Shown one piece after another: positions 44,559-59,249 of a stretch of DNA of 64,000 bases. The translations under genes and the position numbers were made by a program. Source of the stretch: the human T2T-CHM13v2.0 reference genome, Homo sapiens; the NCBI RefSeq assembly GCF_009914755.1, contig NC_060932.1. One strand, written 5' to 3'. Position 1 is the stretch's first letter. Each line of letters starts with the position of its first letter. Below the pieces are notes generated by a model. The model was given only the letters and a program-made list of their open reading frames with translations, had not been told where the DNA came from and did not search any database.

Positions 44559-45333
44559 AGAAGAAATGAAGCCAAGATAGTAACTAGAGGTGGAGTCATG
44601 GCTGTAAGGTCATGAGTGTGATAAGGTGCTATCACAGCTCAAAGTTTGAGAAACCAGACATAGAGACAAAGAAGAGAAGTAGAGACTGAGACAAGTACAT
44701 ATTTCAAAAGAGTGATAAAGTCCATGAAGAAAATAAAAGAGGGTTACATAATTAAATGAGTGGTAAAGATATAGGGTTGGGCAGTAAGGCAGACAGCATG
44801 AAATTTACATAAATAAAAAAGTCTTCTCTGAGGAGGTGATATCTGTGCTGAGTACTGAATGATGAGCTGCAGTGAACTATGCAAAAATCAAGGGAAGAGA
44901 TTTCCAGAGGGAATACCAAGTGTAGATGCCCCAAAGTAGGATGTAAATAATAAGAATGCAGCTTTGAACCACATCTTCATAGCTCTAGACACTGAAACAC
45001 CTCTTTCCCACCAGTTCTTGCTTGAAAAATATGGGAGCAGAACACCTAATGCATTGATTTGGTTCACGTGCTCATCATTACACAAATGGTGGCCAGGAGG
45101 TATGGCCTATAAACTGAAGGAGAGGGAAGAGTCATGGAAACAGCCACTAGGGATGTGATGGGAGCCAGATAGCCACCCATATGTATTCCTTATGATTTTG
45201 CAACCTTTGTGCTAAAATTGCACAGCTTTTCATCCTCCCAATTTACAAGATATGGAAAAAGTAGAATAGTCATATTAAGAACTCCAATGTAGAAAAAGGG
45301 ATTGTGGAAAGCAACATCTAGTACCATATCCTG

Positions 45334-45677
45334 TGGTTTAGTCTGTTTGTGCTGCTATTACAGAATACCTGAGACTGGATAATTTATAAAAACAGAAATT
45401 TACTTTCTCACAGTTTCAGAGGCTGGAGAGTCCAAGATGTAGGCCTGGCAGGTTTAACTGTCTGATGAGGGCTGCATACTCTGGAGGGAAAGAACCCTGT
45501 ATCCTTACATGGTAGAAGGGCTGTGCTGCAAGAAGCCTCTTTTATAAGAGCCTTAATCCCATTCACAAAGGAGAAGCCCTCATGAAAGGCCTAATCACTT
45601 CTTAAAGGCCATCATTATTGGCACCCATCATATTGGCAACGCCTGAATTTTAGAGGGGATACATTCAAATCACAGCA
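45334..45677 (-). mobile_element. MST-family solo LTR
   Basis: ttagtctgtttgtgctgctattacagaatacctgagactgg ... acattcaaatcacagca; TSD TCCTG. Confidence 0.85.
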
Positions 45678-47559
45678 TCCTGCTTTCTAGGAAAAGCACA
45701 GAATCCTTGATGAGGTAACCTGGCCACCCCAAAATTTGTTCTTTGGAATAATTTCTTTTGTCCATTATCTGTTATGGCTAATAAAGCATACTGAAAGGGC
45801 TTTTGTATTAGGGACCATTCCCCTTTATTTTTGGCACAATTGTGGAAACCCGGGGTTTGCTGGAAAAAAGGTGAAAATTACGGACCTCAGAATGTGGTCC
45901 TGACTGAGCCAGTGAAAAACAGAAAAACGGAGAGAAGACATCAGCTATGATTAATTTACCTCTGTCATGGGGCCCAGTCCTATGAAAGCAAACCTTGGAT
46001 TCATCTAAGCAAAAGCTATGCTGCTAATAGTCTGGAATATCATATCAGTTGAAATCTGTGATACGATAAAGAAGAGAATAGAATCATTTCTTAAGTATTC
46101 GTAACTTAGCCATTATGGATTTACTATTCATGAACATTTTTTCTCTTTTCAGTCTGGATATAGATTATACCTGGTGAAATTTTTTAAAAAAAACTTTGTA
46201 AAGGAATCTTTTTTTCCTGACCAAGTTTAATTGATTTTTCACTTATAATTCTAGGGGGAAAATATTAGCAATTTAGGATTCTATGAAAAGGAAGAGAGAA
46301 AATAATCTACAAAATTTGATTATGGTAAGGATGAATAAAGATCTATTTCTGGATAAGTTTTGTAAATCATATATAATGTGAAGCTGACATACATATGTAA
46401 AGTTAATCCAGGAATCCACACTAATAAATAAGTAAATATCAGTAGCATGCCTCAGACACCTAAAAATATTTTCTTTCCATGTAGCTATTTTATTTAGATA
46501 GCATTCACTAATTCTGACACTTAAGTACTCCTATTTATCTTTCTCTAGTCCAGTGATTTTTAAAATTTTTAGACATATTTTATAATAAAATGCTACATGA
46601 ACTCCATATATAAAAGCATATTTCATTAGTTTATTTCACATTTAAATATTATATAAATTCAAATTCATAACATAAAGCTAATCAGCAAGCAGTCAAGTTA
46701 ATATATTGGTCATCTTCAATGTGATGTTCCTGTAACACATTTGAATGCACATATTTTATTTTGAATTCAGGTTTTAAAATAGTTTGAAATAAAGTAAAAG
46801 ATGAGGTTAGAATAATTCGTGGAACCTGTAAAACACCTTTGAGGAATAAATATAGTTAGAAAGCCCTGTCTATTTCAGTTAGTAAGTTTCTGTGAAGCAG
46901 AAGTTGTACTAGTTTAGTTTCCTTGTCATATAAAAAATTGTCTTCCTATAGTTCCTTTAAGTGTATAGTGTTTTAGAGCTATTAACTCACTTGTAAATAT
47001 TATCCTGGTTAGGCAAATGACTCTAGAAGCCATCAATGGTTGTTTCTAATAGATGCCCAGTAAACAATAGTCATAGGTTCTATCTTATTTCCCTTTGAGA
47101 CATGCTTCTTGGAAATTTGCCAGCATGGAGATTACTGTTTTCAACAGTCCATCTCTGTAATCCTGTTTAATATTAACTTAGAAGAGAGTATATTTAATAA
47201 CCTTTGTGAACAAACCCACTTATCCATGTTTATATGAAAAACTGGAACTCTGGGTGGTAGGTGTGTGTAAGGAAATATTTGAACAACCATTGATAGAATG
47301 AAAAAGCAAAACATTAATAGCCTTCTGATCTCAAAAGACTTGGAGACTCCTTGGGCAAGCATATTAGACAACTAAATAGTTGCAACATTTTTACTCTGAT
47401 TTTTTTCCAAAAAGGGCTGATTGTAAAATGACTAATACAATGCAATGAAATACACATGATTTAAGAATGGCTTAAGTATTAGAACACCTGGGTTAGAGTC
47501 CAAATTAGCTCTTGACCTCCATAAACCATTTAATTTCTATGGGCACCCTTCATTTGCAT

Positions 47560-47950
47560 AATCAGATTGTTTAACAATCTGTGGGGCTCGATGGGAATCA
47601 CCTGAGAATTCTTTAAAGATGCTGATTCCTGGGCTCCATCCTACACCAAACAAATCAAATTTCTAAAGCCAAAGCCAGAATTTGGTACTTAATACATCTT
47701 TTCCTAGGTAAATCTGGTGTACAGACCAGTTAGGGAATCATCGTTCAAGATAGAATCTAGTTGGTCTCTAATGCCCTCTTCATTAAGTCTCTTCTAATCT
47801 TTCAGCTCAGTGTTTCTCAGACTTTAGGGCACATCAGAATCACCAGGAGGACGTGTTCAATACAGCTGTTGGGCCACAGCCTCACAATTTGCATATCTAA
47901 CAAGTTTGCAGATGATGTTGATCCTACTGATTCTTTAAGAATCACCATTC
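47560..47950. mobile_element. two MER5-type hAT fragments
   Basis: ggaatcacctgaga...gctgattcctgggctcca; cagtgtttctcagactt...catcagaatcacc. Confidence 0.6.
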
Positions 47951-48261
47951 TAGTCCTTAGCTAACACAGATCTGTTCCATGAGGTACAAGTGGGCATATA
48001 CACATTCTACTTAGAAACACAGAGGTCTTCAGCTTGCAAGTAACCTTTTGGGATCATCTTCTAAACACTTAATTTTACAGCAGAAGTAATCTGAGACCCA
48101 GAGAATTGAAATAATTGACAAGGCCATGGTTAAACACTGTGCAGATTTTAGAATCATAGTCCCCTGACCCCCAGTTCTGAATCCTTTCCAATGCTTAGGA
48201 GAAGGGAAAGGAAGAATTCCTGCTCCCTAAATAATCTTATTAGTAAATGATTATTAATAAA

Positions 48262-48566
48262 TGTTTGTTTGTTTGTTTGTTTTTTGAGATGGAGTCTTGC
48301 TCTGTCACCCAGGCTGGAGTGCAGTGGCACAAATTTGGGTCATTGCAAACTCTGCCTCCTGGATTCAAGAGATTCTCCTGCCTCAGCCCCCTGAGTAGCT
48401 GGGACTACAAGCATATGCCACCATGCCCAGCTAATTATTGTATATTTGTAGAGACGGGGTTTTGCCATGTTGGCCAGGCTGGTCTCAAATTTCTAACCTC
48501 AAGTGATCCACGTGCCTCGGCCTCCCAAGTTGCTAGGATTATAGGCCTGAGCCACCATGTCCGGCA
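48262..48566 (-). mobile_element. AluSx/Sz
   Basis: Full dimer, (TTTG)n tail; MIR-like fragments on both sides (48040-48190, 48580-49030). Confidence 0.92.
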
Positions 48567-49884
48567 GGTAGCTGCCATTTAATGAGTGCTTACAGGTATC
48601 AGAGACTGCTTTAGATACTTCATCAGAGTTGAAGCTAAAACTTATTGAGGTCTTGTTAAGTGCTCAGCACTGCCCTAAGTGGCTGCACATGTATTAATCC
48701 ATTTAACCTTCCCAACAATTTTGAGGTAAGTAATATTAACATTCCTATCTCAGAGAAGAAGAACTAAAGCAGGGGAGGTCAAATAACTTGCCCAAAGCCA
48801 GAGATTCAAACTCAGGAACTCCACCAATATGTTCTGTTGTCTCCCTTTCTTTTAATCCTCACAACAATCACAAGATCATTATTATTATCTCTTCTTTTAC
48901 AGATCAGAGGACAAGGTCAGAGAGTGTACAAATTGCTTCTAATAACTTGCTTTCTAATAAAGTAGTGAAGATAGTGGTTGGATCCAGGGTTGACTAACTT
49001 CAAAATCCTGGCTTTTTCTACTTGGCCAGCTCCTTAATCTATTCACATCCCCATCAAGGTTAGAATCAGGTAGGTTATAACAATCTCTCAAGCTGGACTT
49101 GTCTGCTTATCTTTGAGCATAAGAGCTAACATCTCACCTTTCCATTTTCCAGTAGCAATTACACTAGAAAATGGTATGAACAGAGCATTGTGGATAAGTA
49201 ATTTTCTTCCTCCTGTTCATTATCTTTACCTATTAAAGCTTTCCCAGAACATCTGTCCTCCTGTCCAGCTTCTTTGGGCCATGTGTCTGACATAGCTCGA
49301 GGGTGAGGTCATATTGACTTGATGGCTTTGTTTTGCTTCAGAGGTTCTTCTCCTTTCCTAACTAAGATTGGACCTGCATTATTTACCAACAGTAAGAGGC
49401 TTGCTATTTATTAAATGGCTACTATATTCTTGGAACTGTGCTGAGCATTACTGAGATAGAAAATACTAACACCTTACCCATATTGTCTTTACAGTCTTGT
49501 TTTCTGGTTGGGAAACAGAAATTAACTTGCAAAACACAGTGAGATAATCTATTAAAAAGGGTCAGGTATCCAGTATAGAAAATAAGAGCCAAAGAATTTG
49601 AGAACTGAGAGATGATATAGTTGAAATTATCTGAAAAGGCTGTGTGGAGGCTTCTGAAATTGATGAAATAGCTAAAATAGATGGTGTCAGTAGTTATAAG
49701 CTTTGGAAGAAAAAGAATCCATAGAGGGGAAGGGGAAGAAAGGTCGTTGAGGAAGGAAAAATGTGACCACAATGGGGACTGGTAGACTAAGGCAAACGCT
49801 TCCATATCACATAGTTTAGGCATGAAGTAGGCTTTGTTGGGAAACTTACATGAGCAAAAATATCACCAAAATACGATGCATGGC

Positions 49885-50329
49885 TGTATGGAAGATGCAC
49901 CTAACAGCAATTAATGTAAACATACCTTGAGAATGATCCTATGGTCTAGGAAGAATGTCTGATTAGAGTTCTGAGCTAAGGAAACTGGGAATGGCCAACC
50001 TGGAGAATCATTCCTTATCTGTGAGGAACAGCTAAACCCCAGCCCACCTTGTGGAATGTAGGCCATACAAGGGATTGAGGTCGTTTGTTTTGGGTTAAAT
50101 GAAGTTTGTCAGGTGAAGGTTTCTAGGGGTGGGTTGCTAAGTGAAAATGCTGTATAAACTGCATGCTTTTTACAAAGGGTAGTGCCTCTCCTATCCAACC
50201 TGCGGTCACTGATCCACTCTGTATGGAAGTCCCCTAAATAAATTTTATTTCCTTCACTGGCTTCAGGTCTCTTTGGCTTTTCAAACATGTTGCCACCCCT
50301 ATTGAAATCAATAAGGATCTGGCATGGCA
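49885..50329 (+). mobile_element. LTR47-like (ERVL) solo LTR
   Basis: tgtatggaagatgcacctaacagcaat ... tataaa, aataaa ... ggcatggca; perfect TSD ATGGC at 49880-49884 and 50330-50334. Confidence 0.75.
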
Positions 50330-50581
50330 ATGGCCCCATATCTTATTGCCATTCTGCAGAGAGGTATGATTGATGTATTTACGATAACTGCCAAGAAGGG
50401 TTTCACGAGCAGGAGAAAAACTGTCTGAACTTGGGGAGTCGCTCATTGTTGGGAGACAATTTTTTATGTGTCTCTTGCATTTCTGCACATCTTACAAAGT
50501 GACGTATTGACTGGCCTTTGTTCAAACTATCTTTTTAAGGATGTTTATGTTAGCAAACACCTTAGAAAATATAGTGTCTCA

Positions 50582-50885
50582 GGCCACGCATGGTGGCTCA
50601 TGCCTGTAATCTCAGCACTTTGGGAGGCCAAGGCGGGTGGATCACAAGGTCAGGAGATTGAGACCATCCTGACTAACACAGTGAAACCCTGTCTCTACTG
50701 AAAACACAAAAAATTAGCTGGGCGTGGTGGCAGGCACCTGTAGTCTCAGCTACTCAGGAGGCTGAGGCAGGAAAACGGCATGAACTCGGGAGGCGAAGCT
50801 TGCAGTGAGCTCAGATTGCGCCACTGCACTCCAACCTGGCGACAGAGCAAAGACTCCGTCTCAAAAACAAACAAACAAACAAAAA
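50582..50885 (+). mobile_element. AluY
   Basis: gagaccatcctgactaacac; ggcatgaactcgggaggcgaagcttgcagtgagc. Confidence 0.92.
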
Positions 50886-50897
50886 CTAGTGTCTCCA

Positions 50898-51387
<490 letters not shown>

Positions 51388-52149
51388 TCATATTACCAGG
51401 TAGCAATTAAGACTGCTAGGGCTATTAAGGGAACTAGAACAAATATTGTTACTCTGAACACTTACTAGGGCTATTGCTGTAACACGCTGCTCTTTGTCTC
51501 TAATGTAGTGGTCCCATGCCTTCTGCCAGCATCCATGAAAATGCAGCAAGCTACCTTGTTAGCTGATAAGTAAAGCAAAGTTTCAGAGCTTTCACAGTTA
51601 GAGAGATGTGCATCTACACAATCATGAATGCAGTGAAATTCACAGCCACTATGGTCAGAATCCAGGCAAATTGTCAGAACGTTGGCTGATTACTTGGGAG
51701 GGAAAGGGCAGGCCATGTTATCTGTGTGAAGGAACAAAGATGGCAGCTGGGTCATCTTATCACTCATCCCTTCCTGCAGTCTTATGCAAACCTTAGATCC
51801 ATTTGAAGATGATAATAAAAGATCTCAGAGTATTTGGCTGTAGGATTTGGCAGCTATAAGGCAGTTCAGTCTCCTTGGGTAGATTTCCTTGAGAGAGATA
51901 AAATCCCATGGAAAACCAGAGATAATGCACTGAGTATGCAGAATGAGTTTCAGTGCTGATGAAGTGACCCACTGGAGAATGATAAACTGTCTCAAATAAA
52001 TTTATATATAAATGCCTGTGATTAGCTCAATTGTCCTAGAAAACTCTCTTATTCCTTATCTTGGAAGAAAGCAAGAATTTATGAGGTTTTACCATGACAA
52101 TGGAGAGCAAATGCTCAGGATTAAAGTGAACTCCTTCAAAACAAGGTGC

Positions 52150-54200
52150 TACCGAACAAAAGAATAGACACCATCGATCAACAGAACAGAATCAGGAGAC
52201 CAGAAATAAAGTCTTACATTTATGGTCAGTTGATATTCAACACAGATACCAAGACAATTAACTGAAGGAAAGAATGGCCCTTTCAACAGGTCCTGGGACA
52301 ACTGGTACCAACCTGCAAAAAAATGGAGTTGGGCCCTTTCCTTACACATTAAGAAAAATTAACTCAAAATGGTTTATCAATTGAAATGTAAGAGCTATAA
52401 TTTTGAAACTCTTAAAAAGAAATCATAGTAGTAAATCTTTGTGACTTTGGGTTTGGCATCCTAGATAATGATATCAAAATCAAAAGCAGAAAAAAAGATG
52501 AATTGGATTTCATCAAAATTAAAATCTTTTGTGCTTCAAAGGAGACCATCAAGAAAGTGAAAAGATAACCCACATAAAGGATAAAATATCTGCAAATCAT
52601 ATATCAGGTAAAGGAATTGCATCTAGAATACATAAATAATAATAAAAGACCAATACTCTAATTAAAAATTGGGCAAAGTATAGATAGACATATCTCCGAA
52701 GAAGATATGTAAGCACACTAATAGGCATATGAAATGATGCTCGATATTAATACTCAAAAAATCCAAATCAAAACCACAATGAGACACCACTTCATAACCT
52801 CTAGGACTGCTGTAACAAAAATAACAGATAATAATAAGATTGATGAGGACATGGAGAAATTAGAACTTTCATACATTGCTGCTAGGAATGTAAAATCATG
52901 CAGCATATTTGGCAAACAGTTTGGGAGCTCCTATAAAAGCAAAGCATTAAGTTATCATATGACATAGCAATTTCACACCTAGCTATAAGCCTATCTTAGT
53001 TTGTTCATGCTGCTATAATGAAATGCGACAGGCTGAGTAATTTATAAAAAATATAAATTTATTTCTTACAGTTCTGGAATCTGGGAAGTCCAAGATTAAG
53101 GCACCAGCATTTTGGTGTCTGGTGAGGACTGTTCTCTCTGCTTCCAAGATGGTACTTTGTTGCTGTGTCCTTACACAGCCAGAAGGGGCAAGTGGGACGG
53201 GATGTATTCTCACAAGGTGGAAGAAACAGAAGAGCAAAAAGGACCGAACGCTGTGTCCTCACCTAGTGGAAGGGACAAAGGGGCAAAAAGGGGCTGGATG
53301 CCACGTGAAGCCTCTTGGCTTTAGTCCCACTTATAAAGGTTCCACTTCTATCATTTAATTAACTCCCAAAGGCCTCACTGTTTAATACTATCACATTGGC
53401 AATTAAGTTTCAACATATGAATTTTATGGAACATTCAGATTATAGCAATACCCAAGAGAACTGAAAACACATGTCCACACAAAAACATATACATGAATGT
53501 TTATAGCAGCATGATTCATAATAGCTAAAAACTAGGAACAACCAAAATGTCCATCATTTGATGAATGGGTAAACAAATTATGGTATTCATATAATGGAAC
53601 ATTTGGCCATAAAAAGGAATGAAGTACTTTAATGTGATATAACATAGATGAATCTTGCCAGGGGATGGTGGGGAGTGAAGAATTGGGAGTTACTGATAAC
53701 AAGTACATGGTTTCTCTTTGGGGCGATGGAAATGTTCTGGAATTTGATAGTAGTGATGAATGTACAACATTGTGAACACACTAAAAACCACTGAGTCATA
53801 CACTTTGAAATGGCAGATTTTATGTTGTGTGAATTATAGCTTGACAATAGAAATTACAAAAAATACATGGATAAACCTTGAAATCATTATGCTAAGTGAA
53901 AGAAACCAGACTCAAAATGCCGTATATAGTGTACATCTGTTTATATGAAATGTCCAGCATAGGCAAATCCATACAGACAGAAAGTAGATTAGTGATTACC
54001 AGGGGCTGGGTATTGGTGAGGGGTGTGGATGAATGGGTAGTGACTGATAATGTGTATGAAGATTCATTGGAGGGGTGAAAAAATGTTTTAAAATTGATTG
54101 TGGTGATGGCTGCACAACTCTGAATATATGAAAAAGGATTTGAATTGTAGAGTTTAAAAGATCAATTAATTGCATGTTAATTATATCTCAATAAAACTGT
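52150..54200 (+). mobile_element. L1MB-like ORF2 end and 3' UTR with nested MST LTR and a second L1 3' fragment
   Basis: ORF 52734-52967 IQIKTTMRHHF ORF2-like; 3' UTR ends tatatctcaataaaactgtt. Confidence 0.87.
52992..53447 (-). mobile_element. MST-family solo LTR
   Basis: tatcttagtttgttcatgctgctataa ... acattcagattatagca. Confidence 0.85.
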
Positions 54201-55829
54201 TACAGAAGGACAATTATATCTATGTGAGAAGTAGACAGTTATGTGGTACTCATAGATACTAACATTATTTAATAAATCTGTATATCTTATCTACAAAAAA
54301 AGATGCTAATGTGAAAGTCAAGTTCAAGGTCACCCAAACATGACAATCCTGAGTGTTCTAGCTAGAAAGTAATGTGGAGGACGCCAAACGTACAATTTCC
54401 TGCTGAGTCAAAGGGTTCCCACAGCTAAAATTGGCTTTGGATGGATGAAGACACACTGGAATTTCATTTGGTTGAGTGATAAACAGCCACCATATTGCTA
54501 AAAACTGAAACCAAACATCCTTGCTGTTGGTGCCACCGGATCCCTCTCTCCCCCTTTTTTCCAACCTCAGCTTCTTTAAGGAAAAGATGATTTGCAGTAG
54601 GGCTGAGGTCTCCCTGTCCCAAGGAGTACCAAAGGTTGTATACTCACCAGTCTGAGAATGCTGGGGAACTTCCGGACGGGGAAGGACTTAAACTTGTATA
54701 GTTCCATTGAATACAAGCATGCAAGACACCACCTTACCAAATCCTGTGGAGGGAGAGGGGACCTGAATTCAACTTGTAGGTTTTGAGCAAGGTTGGTGGG
54801 AAAGAAAAACTAACATGGCCTTGTTGGTAAAACCTTCTGGGCCAATTCAATGTAATGCTGTTATTGTTTCTACACCTGAATGTGTGGGAGGAATTGATAT
54901 CTTACGCGCTTTTACTTCTCTGTCCTATAAATGCCAAAGGGGATTATTCCAATCAGGAAGAGTTACATGTATAGAGAGGTACTGGTGCCTTTGGGGTACC
55001 TTAACTCTAAAGTCCACTTGAACTATAAGTCTGTATGACTTACGATTTTGCCAACTGGAGCCTCTGGCAAAGGGAGCCAGCCTCAGTCTGGGGGTGCATC
55101 ATGGGAGTTTGGACTCATTGACTACCTTTTGAAAAGCAGCTATGAGCTTGCTATTGGGCTCTTGTAGAAACTGAACCCTTAACTTATGGAGATTTTGATA
55201 TTCTATAGACTGATATTTCTATTTGTGGTGAATCAATTTACACTCACTGAGTGACAAGGTAAGAGGGGTGCAAGATTTTCTTTTCCATTGAAAATGTTAT
55301 ATTCGAGAATGTAGAGGGACCAGCCCCAGCAGTTTTACATGGAAAAGTGACAGTTGTTTCATTTGGAGGAAACTTCACCTTCCCCTACTCCACTGCCTAT
55401 AGGAAAACCACTGGCTCAATAGGGCCCTCAATTCACAGAGGTTCTCCTAAATGCTTGCGCCTGGTTAACTGATGATTTAGTGGTGCTGAAACCTGATGAT
55501 GTGTACCGTCTCGACTGAGTGGGCAGAATAAAAGGTTGTGATTACAACTCTAGCCAATATCCACCTTCATGAACTTTGTCATATTCTTATTGACTTTTGA
55601 GCTATTTCCAGTGATTCAGTCTGCTCCTTGGAAAAATCAGAGACTGGCAGATTAAAGATACTCTTTGGAGAATAGTAAAATAGTGTTTGGAATTGCTGAT
55701 TGAACCGTCTGTGTCACTGAGGCACATGTTCATAGGAAGGGCCTGTTGTGTGATGAGACTGACTGTAATGAAGCTGTTAGTAGAACATTCACTACAGAGA
55801 CTGGCACATGGCTGCCTGGGTCCATCATC

Positions 55830-55902
55830 AGACTGGACACGGCCAGACATCAACTATCATAGACTGGACACGGCCAGACATCAACTATCATAGACTGGGC
55901 AC
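55830..55902. repeat. 31-bp perfect tandem duplication (about 2.3 copies)
   Basis: agactggacacggccagacatcaactatcat x2 then agactgggcac. Confidence 0.95.
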
Positions 55903-57075
55903 AAAGGACTCTATGTTGCTGATGCCAGTCCAGCCAGTTGATGCTGGCTACACCATTATGGCTTTAGAAACGAATCATGTTTTCAGCTTTCCAGATCATT
56001 TTCAGACTTAAAATGTGATTCAGAGGTTTACTTTTTACTACAACAACCACTCAACAACAGGCTGAGAGTCAACATATTTGATGAGCCTTCATGTTCCTTA
56101 TCATCTGCAGGCATCTGGTATCATTGAGCTTGGAATGGCCTCTTCAAAAACTAACTCAAGAGGATTTCTGACTCTCTCTAACCTGCTCCATACCCTAGTA
56201 AGTCAGTTTGGTCATTGAATGCAGCTCTACCCAGAGAGGAATCATCTTCTCTCACCTGCTTCCTGGGTAGTGATCAGGATGAAAGGAGTAGGGTTTTATA
56301 AAAATCTATTTTGAAACCTTGGGATTCCTCCCCCACCATTCTTGGATATGATGTTTTTTTCCTTTTCCCTGAAGACAACCCCACACCAACGCAGCTGACA
56401 TGCCCTGTGAATGATACTTCTGCCAAAAGGGGACATAGGAGAGTCAAACTTAGTTCTAGTTCAGGCCCTTGAGTTCTGTTGTTTGATCGACAGAGTCCAA
56501 GATCATAAAAATAATGTCTTGGTTGGATATACTGCTTGCAGTCCTCCTTGGAGGCCCATGTGGTACAAAGTTGGAAGCCACAATGGATCTCTGAATGGTT
56601 TATACAAATTCTTTTTTCCCTCTTGCACTGGGCTCTCCTAGATAAAAATTCTGAGGGTGTTTAAGAGACAGGCCACATTTTGTGCAATGGGATAAAAACA
56701 ACCATCTCAGCAGCCGGGGAGGCAATACTTTAGGACCTGGGAGCTGTGGCAAGGGGATGGTGGTTTTTCCAAAAGTAGGGTGACTTGTATCTTGAAGGTA
56801 ATTGTAAGAGACCTTCAAGTGCTTAAAGAAAAGGCAATAGTATATCATGTAGCCCTCAGATGGCTGCAAGATCATTCCAAATAAGGCCATCCTTGGATAT
56901 TTGTAGGAACTTCCTGGAGAGATAACTGACTCATTATTTACGCTCACCCCATAGACAGTTACACATATGATGGACAGGTGTCCACACAGTGTCATTTAAT
57001 ATAAAAGTTGGTAAAAATTTTGACCCTGACATTGATACCAACTTTGCCCTCGAAGGCAATCTGTTTAACCCCAGG

Positions 57076-57409
57076 TCACTGGAAAAGGTTGTTGTGGCTG
57101 AAAATATTGCCCTAGATATCCTCCTTACTGGAAAAGGCACAGAGTCTGTGTAAATGCTAATATATCCTGTTGTACCTGGATTAATGTCTCAGGTGAAGTG
57201 GGAAAGTCAACACAGAAATTTAGAGAAAGACACTTGACTTTCTGAAGTAGATCCTGATGGCATATGCGGTTTGTTCAGCTGCATCAGGGAACCAGGAATG
57301 GATGGTCAGGTTACTACTGCAGGTTGGCTGCCTCCTGGGGCTTGGAGTCCTATTGGCGGTAGCCTTTATTAAATGCTGCATGAGACTAATTGAATGGATT
57401 TGGTCCTAG
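57076..57409 (+). pseudogene. retroviral env TM remnant (ISD, CX6CC, membrane anchor), frameshifted
   Basis: SLEKVVVAENIALDILL; CVNANISCC at 57147-57173 followed by TWINVSG; MVRLLLQVGCLLGLGVLLAVAFIKCC from 57302. Confidence 0.85.
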
Positions 57410-57496
57410 CCTCTGCTGGTCAGATTAATCAGAGTAAGCATTGGATTGGCATACACATGGGAAAACTTGCCAGAAACAGAATGACATAGAGATGAG

Positions 57497-58076
57497 TGGT
57501 GGGGGCCAATTTCCCACGGTATCTTGCATCTCTGCACAACTTGTGAAGCAAGAAATTGCCTCCCTTTTTGTTCTAGATTTGCATAGCAAATATCCTTAGA
57601 GGGTAGAGATAGTGTTGCCCTCCACAGCAAAGGGTAGATATACCTACAGCCTGGAAAGGTAGAGATACTATCTTCCTCTGGAGCAAAGGGCAGGCATGCT
57701 TTCTGACCATTACAAAAGATTCCAGTTCCACAAGTTCAGGGTTCCTTTCTTGGAATGGAACCTACTGCATGTGATGGTTTGATATGGCCCTCTTTGTGTT
57801 GCTAGATTGGAGAATCAGCATAAATGCTAATACTCTGACACAAGCTGTTGCTGTGAGTAATGTGTTCTGCATGGGATGGTTTGATATGGTCCTCTGTGTG
57901 TTGCTAGACTGGGGAATCAGCATAAATGCTAATACTCTGACACGTGCTATTGCTGTGAGTAATGTAGTTTTTGTGTGTCTGACATAGGAGTCTTGTGCTT
58001 TTTATCAGCATCCATGAAACTGTGGCAGGCTCACTTGTTAGCTTGCAAGCAGAGAAAAATTTCACAGTTCTTGATA
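57497..58076 (+). mobile_element. MER21/MER68/MER77-type LTR (3' LTR) with internal 102-bp tandem duplication
   Basis: Follows env and a purine-rich stretch; shares cctctggagcaaa.ggcag, cagcatccatgaaa and ttcacagtt blocks with the LTR at 50447. Confidence 0.82.
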
Positions 58077-58935
58077 TTGTTCAGGGAAGTTACATGCCTA
58101 TACTAGAAATAATACTGCTCATACTAAAGACCGTGTAAGCTGCTGAGACCTTATCTCTTTCTGGGTTTGGAGGAAAAGGAGCTTTTGGGGCAATGTACAG
58201 TAAATCCATAAGGAAAACAGGAAGTCCACCGTCTATATCAGGCTGGCACTAACAGACCAACATTAGGTGACAATAGGGAGCTTGTGAAGATCCTTATGTC
58301 AGAAAAAGTATGATGAAAGCAGTCTGTCAGGTACATTAATCTGATACTGTCTCATAAAATGGACTATGAATCAATGAAATTAATTTAAATCAGCTAACAT
58401 ATTGAACACCTACTAGGTACAAAGCCACTATACTGGGTTCTTCAGGTGATACAGAGATGAATAAAATGAGAAATGGAACAACTGATAATTTGGTTGGAAA
58501 AAATTGTATAAAATCATGATGCTTGTTTGAATAAAGTAAGTGAAATAAATTGTATAAATGCAATATTAAGGGGCGAAAATAATTAGGGATTAGAAATCCC
58601 GGAGGAAGGGGAAGGAAGGTAGGAGAATTTGCTTTGTTTTACCACGGCTTTAGATAAATGAGTTCCATATTCTAGTTAGTCTGCAAGTTTCTAATGGATA
58701 TTTAGTGACTGAACCACTCCTTAAAGAAGACCAGAGCAAGGACCTGAGAAAACATTAATTACAGGATCTATTCGACATCACCAAGGCTTTGTGCCACTGA
58801 CCTAGATTTACCCACCTTAGGTTTTAGAGTTGGGATCACTCATCTTTCACTGAGGAAAATATTATTGGAGATGAGGAGAGAGCAGAAGATGGTGGATTTA
58901 AGGAAAAGAGGAGATACATAGAGAAAACCATTTTT

Positions 58936-59249
<314 letters not shown>

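Larger units (their letters stand above)
54360..57495 (+). mobile_element. decayed ERV-L-type (class III) internal region: pro, pol, env remnants
   Basis: Protease-like GPIQCNAVIVSTPECVGGIDIL (ORF 54815); pol PFEKQL*ACYWALVETEPLT at 55125-55184; integrase HVPYHLQASGIIE/WNGLFK near 56090-56155. Confidence 0.85.

Noticed and set aside
55830-55902. 31-bp repeats as a CRISPR-like array
   Set aside because: No spacers, about two copies, eukaryotic context, no cas genes
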